From Takakia lepidozioides (lineage: Eukaryota > Plantae > Bryophyta): 64,000 nt of DNA. The stretch spans positions 76,012,001 through 76,076,000 of the forward strand of contig CM060732.1 in assembly GCA_030704615.1 (NCBI GenBank), given 5' to 3'. Below, piece after piece: positions 53,505-64,000 of this stretch (the first letter of the stretch is position 1; each line of letters starts with the position of its first letter). A program made the position numbers and the translations under genes. The notes under the pieces are model-generated. The model was not told where the DNA came from and did no database searches. It saw only the letters and a program-made list of their open reading frames with translations.

Positions 53505-55211
53505 CAAGACGTGTTAGAAAGCGCTGGTGTACGAGGGAATTAAGACTAGCAAGCCTTTAGCATTCGAATTGAATCTCGTGAAGAATTACCTGGACTCTGC
53601 TGTAAGACATTTTTTCCTGCCAGCGACACATCCTTCAAGGACTTTCTTGGAACTTGGACAATATAAGTACGCCTCCAATTTAGTTCATGTGTACATATAA
53701 TAACTTACTTTCTTTTTTATAATATTCGTAACTTAGGAACTTGGAAGCAATATCTCCACGAGTTCTACCATGTTTGTTGTCCGAACTTCTTTTGTTGCAT
53801 ATTCTCAATTGTGGGTACTTAGGCGAGCTGCTTTGGCAACAGATTGAGCCCAGTTGGTTGCTTCTCAACTGGTCTCAAGGGCTGCTCCCCATCATTTGTG
53901 CTCCAGATGGTAAACTCGATGTCCAGTATTAGTTTAGCGGTGTCCCTTTCCGCAAATGAAAAAAGATATTGAACAGTTGATTAGGTACTTACATGTATGT
54001 GTGAAGCTTGAATTGAAATGGTCAAGATTGGGCACCAACTTGCATCAACTTGTCTAGAACTCTCAACAGTTTTCCTCATATTTGTAAGCTTCAAAAGCAT
54101 CTAGACATAAACAGAGAACCTCAATATGCACAAGCAGTTCTATCTAACGACGTTGCCGAATTTTGTCGATGTCCACATTTTGATGTACTTATTGGACGTT
54201 GAGCTGCGTTCCTCCCTTCCCTTCCCTTGAGCAACTCCATATTGTAAGCTTAATCTTAATCTCAACTGAATTTAGACCTAGATTTGCGTTGAAAATCTGA
54301 ACCTTTATTTATAATTTATGAATCACACTTCAAGTGCTACATCAGATCGCAGCAGAAAGCAGGAATGACAGAGTTTGGAAGGAGCTTCAAATAAACAGCA
54401 TGGCTTCACGCGTACAACAGCGTGAGCGATCCCGAGCTAACATTTGCTGTTTGTGACATTACCACATTATGCTCCCTCTCTTTGATATATAGGATCACGA
54501 GGCTTGTCCCCAAATTTATATGTCGATGTTATGGAAGTGGCATAAACCTGCAGGCCCTTTCCTTTTCCTCAATCTCTTTACAACATCCACAGGAAGGTTA
54601 AGGAGCTATGGGACAAAACGAACAGAGAGGGATAAAATCAATGTGCCCTTAGGAGGCCCAACCGGCGAACAACACTCAAAACACAAACTACAAACACAAA
54701 ATAAAGAAATAGAATATGACGACTAACTCTGTCGACAATGTGCAAGTTCAAGTTATCACATGCGCCTGCCTTCAGTCTTGAGGGAATGCAGCCCGTCCTT
54801 CAGAACAGAGAGATAGCAGTGTCCGACTCCTTGGAATCAATCATAGTACTGTTTGCGGAAACAAGCTAGATTAAGAAGAAAACCAAAAAAAGAGCAAGAC
54901 ACAAGTTCGGAGTAGGGTAGAGTGGCAGACGACTCACAATACTCTGGCTCAAGGCTCAGTGTGCTGTAGGATTGGCTTGCAAGCCAAAACAAACTCAGCA
55001 GATTTGAGGATAATGAATAGAGAGAACAAAGAGTATGTGACGGCCACACTTGTGTTATGATCCTTGAACAGCACCTGGAAAATGTGAGTAAAGCTCCCAA
55101 CATGGGGCTAGTCACAAAAACCATGGACTTTGGTTTCCCTAGACAAATAACAGAAACATCAAGACAATCTTTGCTATGATATCCAATTGGTAGGTGACTG
55201 GTTTCCAGTAA

Positions 55212-55873
55212 TTATGGCAAAGAAAAGATTATATCCCTGTTTAACTTAGTTTTCTCTCCAGAACAACTATCAGATTCCTGACGCTCCAATGTAGTTTTCC
55301 CACCCTCGGAAATCTCCAGTCTTTCTTGCACCTGTGCAATGTCCTTTCTTGTTATCACACCTATTACCCTGCACATACAAACACACATACCAGTGTCCTG
55401 CTATAATTTATGTGTCATATGTATACATTGACCAGTCCCTAAGAACACTGGCAGATAGTACTCTTAAAAGCTAGCTCAGGGGGGCTACTGATCCCTTGGA
55501 GCTCATCACAGGGCTTCACCCAAAGCCTACAAGTGTCCAATTCAAGGAGTGCACATAAGTGTCAAACCAGAAAAGTATCATGGGGATACAGCAATTTTGT
55601 TTTAGTGATGAAAGGCAAGAACAACCAGAGCAGCATCAATAACCACCCTCCCCTTGTTCTGGCACAGACATCAATAGCCTGGGCACAATATAATGTGTAG
55701 TGCACCTCTCACATAAAACATTGGCAAAGAATGGACAAGTACATCAACAAATTCTTACACAGCCAAAAACGAATTGCAGCAAACCTGTTTCCAGAGTCTG
55801 TGACACACAAATGTCTTAGTCCCAGTGTGCGAAATATGATGAACACCCGTTGCGCTGAACACTCAGCACGAAC
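55212..55873 (-). pseudogene. Last two CLC exons, copy C (intact frame and splice sites, no upstream exons)
   Basis: VRAECSAQRVFIIFRTLGLRHLCVTDSGNR / VIGVITRKDIAQVQERLE...LP*. Confidence 0.85.
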
Positions 55874-56351
55874 CTACAAAGAAAGAAAAGAGAAGGAAAG
55901 AAGTTGAAATGGATTTCCTTGAGTGAAATATGACCGGTACATTCTGTACTATCGAATGGCACAAATATAAGAGGTGAGCAATCAGCATCATTCAATAAGT
56001 CATCTTCCCATAACTGTCCAGACATTCATTGTGTTCAATGGTTCCAATGATTGCTCTCTCCAGTACTGCGAGAGAGGTCAGCTACTTGCATTGCAATAGG
56101 CAGAATGACAGAGTTCAGAGCTATAGAGCATTCAAATTTGGATGGAGAAACGAGGGGGTACCCCGCCCCAGTTTGGGTGGAACAAAAGGCAACAAACACT
56201 ACCTTTGTGAGGGGCTCACTCCGGTAGAAGAGGGGGTAACAGAATGTCAGAGATGCTTCATGAGCTTCAACATGGGAATATGCAAGCAGCAGCCATAGAA
56301 GATTAGGAAACCAACTTTGGGAGCAAATGTGACTAGGGGTTTAAGTCAAAC

Positions 56352-57446
56352 CAGTGAATTTGAAGGAGGTCAATATAATCGGTGCCAAGATGCTTCAAAC
56401 TCTTTTCCACACTTTCCGTGATGTTCTCTTTATTCACACGTACAGTCGTCCCGGTATCACAAAGATAGGAAGATCTCTCTGAATATCATGCGACCTTGGT
56501 TGCCACTATCACCTAGAAGAGTGATGTAAAAGACATCAAGTCAATGTAGCAATTTCACTGATAGAAGTCTTCCTCTAAGCAACTAGAGCGAGACAGGCTA
56601 TATGCTAGATCTTTTGCAAAACCTGTAGCAACATCATCTTGTATGTGGATAAATGTTCCCAGAGAGGAGAGAAGGTATAAGACAAGTAAAGAAAAGGAAA
56701 AAGCATACAGGCATTTATGAGTGCTGAGAAAACATAAAAGCCTACCTTGTCGCGGGCCCTGAGTTAAGCCAGGTGCTTATATAGCGATCAGTGGTCCCCT
56801 GGGTCTCTTTGCTCATTGGTAGAGGGTACTGCATTGCCCAACGTACCGTGTACTCAAGCTCAATTGCACTTCATTCTTAAGTTTGCCAGTTCAATCAATC
56901 TGATGAACATAGACAGCATTTATTTTGCTCAAACAACTCCTACTCATCTTTCCTCTAGAAAGTTTCCCTAGGTACCATGCAGGTTATGACATTCAGCCAC
57001 ATGGCATGTGCTCCTCTGACCAAACCTGTGTCTGTCTGTATTATCTTGTCTGATCCATCTCCTCAGTTATGTCCAGGGGCTTTACCTCACCAAAATTGGC
57101 TGGTCAGGGTTTTCTAAGTCTCAATCTCAAGGGTTTGGTAATATCCATCCCTAAATGCATTGTAAATGTCTATTCCCAGATGAGGAGCTAGCCCTGGCTG
57201 TCAGGGACACACTCTTACTCACACCAGAGCTGGAATCATTCATCTTTCGTTGCAGCTGCATGAAAAGGTTGGACAAAACCAAGTGCCCATTGTGCCTTAA
57301 AAGATAGAGAGTAAATGCAGCGAGGAGAAAGAAGGTAGGTCACCGCATACAGCTTCTGCAGTGTCAAGAATATTGATGCCAGAATCGAAGGCATAGCTGA
57401 GCTGCTCATGTGCCTCCTTCTCTGTATTCTGATTGCCCCATGTCAT
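56352..57446 (-). pseudogene. Three internal exons of a Tas-like aldo-keto reductase
   Basis: 57446-57351 MTWGNQNTEKEAHEQLSYAFDSGINILDTAEA; 56828-56746 YPLPMSKETQGTTDRYISTWL; 56512-56352 VIVATKVA*YSERS..SLKHLGTDYIDLLQIH. One stop and one frameshift. Not in the ORF track. Confidence 0.88.
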
Positions 57447-57581
57447 CTGTATTTTCACAGCAAATTCACTGATAAGAATAACACCTTAATACCAGTAACC
57501 TTGGTGCTACCGGACATATGTAAGTTTGTTAGCCCCTCCCTCTCCGCCCCTTCAAACCTACTCATCTCTCTTTCTGCCAAT

Positions 57582-58702
57582 TGAACAAGTAATGAAGCCC
57601 TGGCTTCAACACGTACAGGTTGCAAACAATGAGGTCACAATGGTGGACCTCACAACTGGAAAGAGGTGGATAATGTATTTCCCAGAGAAATTGAAAAGCA
57701 TCAAAGGTTGGCACTGTGGAACGAAAGACCGAAAGAGCCGCTTTTCGCGCCTTAGCTGTTCCAGATTCCCCCCTGATCTTGCCATCGTTCTCTCATCCAG
57801 GTAAATTAGCTTTCGATATTTGGGGTTGATGTGGCGTTTCTTAGATTCCATGTTCCACTCATGACATCATCGCCCGACAACAAAGCGGCAGAAGAAGAAG
57901 CACTGGCACAGTGAGAAGTGGCCTTAACTAATTGGTGCATGAAGAATTGTAAGTGATCCTGGAGAACCCGTATCAAATCAGAATTGCATGGCTTTGTCGC
58001 CGTAGCCCTCTCACAAGATATAGATGTCAGATTCCTTGAACAAGTAATGAAGCCCTGGCTTCAAGTACAGGTTGCGAACAATGAGGTCACAATGGTGGAC
58101 CTCACAAATGGAGAGAGGTGGATAATGTATTTCCCAGAGAAATTGAAAAGCATTAAAGGTTGGCACTATGGAACGAAAGACCGAAAGAGCAAAGAGCGTG
58201 ACATCATCGCCGACAACAAATCGGCAGAAGAAGAAGCACTGGCACAGTGAGAAGTGGCCTTAACTAATTGGTGCATGAAGAATTGTAAGTGATCCTGGAG
58301 AACCCGTATCAAATCAGAATTGCATGGCTTTGTCGCCGTAGCCCTCTCACAAGATATGGATGTCAGATTCCTTGAACAAGTAATGAAGCCCTGGCTTCAA
58401 CACGTACAGGTTGCGAACAATGAGGTCACAATGGTGGACCTCACAAATGGAGAGAGGTGGATAATGTATTTCCAAGAGAAATTGAAAAGCATTAAAGGTT
58501 GGCACTATGGAACGAAAGACCGAGAGCGTGACATCATCGCCGACAACAAAGCGGCAGAAGAAGAAGCACTGACACAGTGAGAAGTGGCCTTAACTAATTG
58601 GTGCATGAAGAATTGTAAGTGATCCTGGAGAACCCGTATCAAATCAGAATTGCATGGCTTTGTCGCCGTACCCTCTCACAAGATATGGATGTCAGATTCC
58701 TT
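57582..58702 (+). repeat. Tandem repeat of ~330-337 bp, about three copies, near-identical
   Basis: gaacaagtaatgaagccctggcttcaa at ~57583, 58038 and 58374. tgacatcatcgcc at 57862, 58199 and 58529. Confidence 0.92.
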
Positions 58703-59949
58703 GCTTACTTTGTCGGTTTAGGTTTATGCACACATCCTATGTGACTGCATTAACTGGAAACGCCATACTCAGCCATATACATTCGACAAATCACAGAGGA
58801 AGGCAGTGCACAACGCTGTTGCCCGATACGCCAGGTAGGGATATGACTCAGTGGTAGAGTATCACCAGTATGCAGAGTATATTCAATGGATCACTAGTCC
58901 CAAGCTTTGCTGGAATGCCTAGATTCAGATTCGGATACCAACATTGAGATAAGCAGATAACAGAGCCTGAGACTCCAGACGACAGGGCATGCATAGGCAC
59001 ACATACCGTCCCCAGAGTGACTTCGGAGTCTACCAGCTTCCCGGTACTGCAAAGTGGCTTCCTTCGTTGCAGCCCTCACTTGGAAACCGCTCCGTCCAGG
59101 CCCAGCCGCAACCGGACCCCTCCAGCCTCCCACCTCCCGAGCACAACCACAGTGCCCCCATGAGGGAAAAGACTGCTGTGTTTGCAACCTCCGGTACACA
59201 TCCAGCAGAAAGGCTGGCAGCAGGGAGAAGCGCCACCATAGCTCCAAATCTCCACAATCCCACAGCCAGCGGGGACAATAGAGAGAATGGAACGAAACAC
59301 AAATTTATCTTCAGCGGGTGGCAGATCTTGGCTCACCTGTCCTCGTTTGAATATTCAAATTTTCCCCGTGTCCCGTTTATTGTATTGGGAACGTCTTCTC
59401 TCCGTCCGTTTGTCCCTTACGTGGAGGTAGAAGGCTTCGGACAAGCCTCACTGAATCCAAGTTGAGAGTAGAAGCGAGCTGCTAGTCTGAACCCCTTTAC
59501 TACCTACTCCACCATCCGTGTAAGTTGGCTCCCCAGAGCAACAAGAGGTGCTGAACACAGCCGCAACAACTGCTCCTGCTGGAAGACCTGCTCCTCTTGG
59601 AAGACCCCAAGGCCAATGTACCCCTACCCCTGGATCAAATTTTCCTGATGCGCACCAGAGTCCAAGCTCCAGACACCAAGTTCAAGAAGAGTCGTCCTCT
59701 TCCCAACTGTCTTCTCCACCTCTGATTCCAGGTTCTTCCATTGGCGCCCCACCGACCGAAGAACTTCCACCGTGTCTGTTGAGCCCTCCCCCACTGCGCC
59801 TCTCAGGTAGGGTTCGAGGTCCCACGCCAGTCACTTCTCCTCCAGGTTCTCCATCCCATTCTCGGCAGCGGCTTCAAGGCAGCCCAACTCCTCTTGGTCA
59901 TGAGCCTCTCCACGTGCCTTCTTCTCCAGTTGTGCAGCCTGCATTGTTG

Positions 59950-61355
59950 ACCCCATCACTCTTCCCCCAACTGTAGGTGCCTATCCCAGCAGACCGTACC
60001 CCGTGCCCAGCTTGCGGTCGTCTTTTGGCGTGCATCAGAGGGCTTGCGCGACACCAGCGCACGTATGCGGCTCTTCATCAGTACCACACAGATGGTCTTC
60101 TCTATTTCAGCCCAGTGTCTTGCACGCGCCACCTCCTGCCTCTACATGGCATTGGTACTGGGCGCATTTCAGCTAGGACTGCCAAGGCCTCGTCTTTATA
60201 CAAGAATTCTGGTGGCACTGCGTCATGAGGTCCAACTGGCACTTTGTCTGCCCTTAGACAGGCTGGCTCGTGATCCTGCTGATATACCAACATGGTATCT
60301 TTTCTTGTTATTTCCTCAGTGGTGTTTGGTTTTGCCCCATCATGGCGGTCAGTCAGGGCATAGAGAGACGCGCTCCCGCTTCCTCCACGCAGCCACCCTC
60401 ATCGGCCCACAGGCGACTTCGTCATAGTCTTATGTTAGGCCGCGTTGGCGAGTACTCACGCGCGGCCAAGGCTTTGGCACCTTTCACACCAGCGCCTCCA
60501 TCAGCGGATACTGTCACTGCCCTCAAAGCCCTTCACCCATCAGCTCAGGATATTCTTCCACTTTTTGTCGAGGACTTCGAGCAAGACCAGGATCTCAAGC
60601 TAGATCGGGAGGTCTTCACTCAGGCCTTCACGCGCAGTCCCCATCTTGCAGCAGCAGGTTCTTCCGGTCTTCTGTATGAGCACTTACGCAACTGTTTCTT
60701 TCCACAGGACTTTGCTAGTGGCTTCTCTCAGTTATTTCAGGTTTGCTCCTTTATTGCTGCTGGCCGTATCCCTGCCCCAGTGGCTCGTCTCCTTGGGACC
60801 TCCAGATTGTTGGCTATGAGCAAACCCTCAGGTATTGGCATCCGCCCTATCGCAGTTGGAGAGGTTCTTTACCGCCTTGTCAGCCGCTCAGTTTGCCTTC
60901 AGTTTCGAGATGCCTGCTCCGGACATCTCTTTCCTCACAAGTTCGGGGTCGCCACTCCAGGAGGTTGCGAGGCGGTGGTTCAAGGGATTCGTGCAACTCT
61001 TGAGCTTCATCCGGATTGGGTGGGTCTCCAGGTCGACGTCACCAACGCTTTCAACATTGTGTCACGGGCGGCTATCTTTCAAGAGCTCCGTTCAGCCGAG
61101 GGAGATTTCCACCAGCTCATTCCGTTTGTTCGATTATTATATGCATACACCACTCCCCTCTACTACAGTCATTATTCTCGCCCAGGTGAGTGCTCCATCA
61201 TTCAGTCCGAGGTTGGGACCCGCCAAGGCGACCCTTTAGGAGGACCTTTGATTGTCATGGCTCACGTCCACGCCCTCACGGCTTCTGCACAAGTACACTC
61301 ATCTTGTCTTTTTCCGTCGGTGGCAGACGACACGCACATTGTAGGCCCTGCCTCA
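59950..61355 (+). mobile_element. CRE-clade-like (RLE-type) non-LTR retrotransposon, truncated within the RT
   Basis: Zn-finger-like CPACGR..GLARH; RT motifs IRPIAVGEVLYRL, FGVATPGG, DVTNAFN, GTRQGDPLG, ADD. May extend upstream to ~58950. Confidence 0.82.
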
Positions 61356-64000
61356 CAGGGGGGGCTGCTATTTCATGAGCGGCATGAACATGAGCGGAAA
61401 AAAAAAAAGCATGAGCAGACCATTGTGAGTCCACGGAAATAGGGTTAGGAGGCACGGAAATAGGGTCATGTGAAGTTGGAATGTGGCACCAGTGGACTTG
61501 AAATGCAACATTTTATTGCAAATTTTGTGGCAAGCCACGTCTATACAAGTGTGTTCTAACTGTCATAGCCGGAATGGGCACTACTCTCCTACACCCTCCG
61601 AGGAACTTGCCCCACCTTCTTCCTCATCCCCCTCATCCCCCTCATCCTCCGAGCTCTGTGATGCATCAGTTCCACTATGCCTCTCAAAAATCCCGTCCTC
61701 TCCTTGGGGGACTGTCCACCTCACCTCCTGGGAATCTTCTGCGTCTTCTCCCCCACTTTCCTCAGCAGAATCCAACACAAATCTACGAGCCCGACGGGCT
61801 CTAATAGCTGCTGTCTCCTCCCTCATCTTCATTTTCTTGAGGCTTGCCTCGTCTAAAATCTGCTGTACACGACTACGTTCGGAACACCTCCTAATGGACA
61901 CCGAAGCAAGCCGGGCAGCATAAGTAGGAAGGATGTACTCCCTTTCTGGACTAGGCATGAAACCCCCCCTGGCAAAAAAAGGCACGTTCCTCCTGCCCAT
62001 GAACTCCGGTGTAGACGTCCCTCCGGCAGTACTTGGCATCCTACAGTAAGAACAAATCCACTTGAAGAATGTCAATACCAGCACAACCAGAAAGGGTTTT
62101 CAATGAAATAAGAGAGCGGAGGGAGGTGCCTCACAAAATCTGGAGGCAACTTACAATGCCACCACTCACTCGTAAACCGGGGGCTCCTCGGCCTCGATCC
62201 CAACTTCCTCCCCCTGCTCCTTCTCGGATTTTTCCTCATCCTCCGAGGATGCCTCTTCCTCTTTCGGCAGACGTTCAGCCGCTGCAAGTTCCGAGTTGTG
62301 GAGGGCAGTATCTGGCTCGAAGGCGAACACATGTCTGTCGGACAACGTCCTGCCCACATTGAAGCACCTGAGGAACAAAGCGGGCGGTTAATAGCTTGCG
62401 GCATGCAATTGCAATGGGGCCAGGGGACAAATTGAGCACGTGAAGGCTTATCCGTGCCGCATGTGAGGTCCAGAATCCGCCCTTGGACATCCGAGCACGT
62501 CTCCATGAGGGTTTGGATGAAAGCAGGGCTCCGGGTCCGGCTGTACCGCCACGGTTTGCCTGTCTTTGTGTCCTTCGGCATACTAGAGTGGGGCACATAG
62601 TTGTAGAGGACATCGTAGGTTACAGGGTCCACAGCGGCATCAACAAGACGACCGTCGTTGCGGAATTTGAACGTAGACCCTCTCTTCACAAAGCAATATG
62701 CCTCAAACACCAATGTCTGCACATCCAACAAAGAAAGGATCAATTCCAGGGTCTACTTAACATACACCACAATATGAAGTGAATGCAATAGATTGATAAC
62801 TTACACTTTGGCCCTCTGTTCGCAACCCCTGCGTACTGATGCAGAACCATTTTCTGAGGAGGACCGGGGTGACACTTTTCGGTGTCCACCTTGCCACCGC
62901 ATTCTCTGTGGTCTTCCCTCTCGTGGCAAGGACAACCACACATCCACCGTCATCCAGAAGCATCCCCGCCAGCCCAAACCCGGCTTTCCAGTAGTCCTCA
63001 GTAAACCTGTTCCAGGTGGGCACACCATCCAGGCCCTCCAGCAGCTCCCCATCTGGAATGTCGAGGAGAATCATGTCGCAAGCTCTCTCCACCTCAACCC
63101 CCCCCCCCCCGAGTGCTCTTGCAATTCGTGCTCACAGCCGTGAAGAATTCCATCATGGCTTCAAAACCAGGGGTGTCTTTAGGCTCTGTACCGGCAGCCC
63201 TCTTCTTGGCTTTCCCCTTCTGCTCCGCCAGAGACTTGTTGTGTGCCACCTTCTTCGCCCTGGCAGCGAGAGCGTCAAGGAAGCTCTCATTGACGCATTG
63301 GATGATGGTTGGAGGTTCTAGCTTTGGCCTGTGCGTAAACGTCACCGCCGAATACCGCCGTGTAGGCTCGCCCTCAAATGCCAACTTCTTGGCAGAGCCA
63401 GTCCCACTCCGAACTGACTTGGGAACCCGGACGACCGGTGACTGGGTAGGAGCAACAGCAGTCGCAGGACCTTGAACAAAATCGGCGTCGGAGTCACTCT
63501 CTTGGGTCCCCTCCTGCGCCTCCTCCGATGCCCCGATGGTTTTCTTCTTTTTGGGTGTTACTGCAGTCACCTGTTTCCTTGTCCTTTTCCTTTGACCTTT
63601 ACTCTTCTCATGCAATTTCTCCTGAATTCCTGCCTGAGCAAGCTCTGCCGCTTTCTGGAGTTCGCAAGCGCTTTTGCCTCTTTTGCACCCAACGGAGGCA
63701 GCGGAGCCCGGTTTCGTCGGAATTCAGCATCCAGCTTCAATTGAAACTCGGATGGGTCGAGCGAGCCGGGCGGAAGGTCCACATACCAAGGGCAATCACG
63801 CAAATGTTCCAGATGCCACTCCTTCACAATATCGTCAGTGTACATGGAGTCAGCCCCAGGGTTCCTCCATGCCAGGAAGAATGGTGGCTCGAAAGACAGA
63901 TGACCTTTCTCCAAAAGGGAGAACTTACAGTACCTGCATTCATGAAAAACACAATGAGGTCCGAAAATGGCTAAGTCCCTGAACGGCAAATAGGGCCTAC
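61356..64000. mobile_element. Putative DNA transposon end carrying a methyltransferase-like gene; runs off the window
   Basis: The RT stops abruptly at cagggggggctgct. Subterminal repeats catgagcgg x2, catgagcag and cacggaaataggg x2. No second terminus or transposase in the window. Confidence 0.5.
61581..63989 (-). pseudogene. Intron-containing beta-class N4C/N6A DNA methyltransferase-like gene, 5' end outside the window; disrupted as assembled
   Basis: Spliced order: CDMILLDIPDG (motif IV-like), LLDDGGCVVV, RSPAFIQTLMETCS (motif X-like), RILDLTCGTGASMWAGR (motif I), RHVFAFEPD (motif II). Introns 62717-62804, 62368-62451 and 62041-62169. Confidence 0.78.

Larger units (their letters stand above)
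49586..55929. repeat. Segmental duplication copy C (F-box, PLATZ, CLC exons)
   Basis: Colinear with 4365-10665 apart from indels. Begins with a copy of the phytocyanin upstream region. Confidence 0.9.

Noticed and set aside
58838-58890. tRNA gene
   Set aside because: Only an A-box/D-arm-like 5' part; no B-box or cloverleaf.

Overview
Repeat-rich nuclear DNA from a land plant, probably a non-seed plant (PLS-type PPRs, short GT-AG introns; the lineage is inference). Almost nothing is an intact host gene. Three related copies of a 6-13 kb block (A ~4.4-15.0 kb, B ~35.4-48.3 kb, C ~49.6-55.9 kb) carry, in varying combinations, a divergent intronless PLATZ gene, an F-box pseudogene, intron-containing fragments of CLC and MUS81, a TSC10-like fragment and a head-to-head palindromic phytocyanin pair. 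An aldo-keto reductase fragment adjoins copy C. Between the blocks lie copia and chromovirus remnants, a complete non-autonomous CACTA element, solo LTRs, an APE-type LINE with 2A-like motifs and a CRE-like RT. The standout is at the right edge: an intron-containing minus-strand gene (61581 to beyond 63989) whose spliced product has the motif order of a prokaryote-type beta-class N4-cytosine/N6-adenine DNA methyltransferase. It ends about 225 bp inside what looks like a DNA-transposon terminus that truncates the CRE-like RT. All family assignments come from motif recognition by eye; no database search was run.
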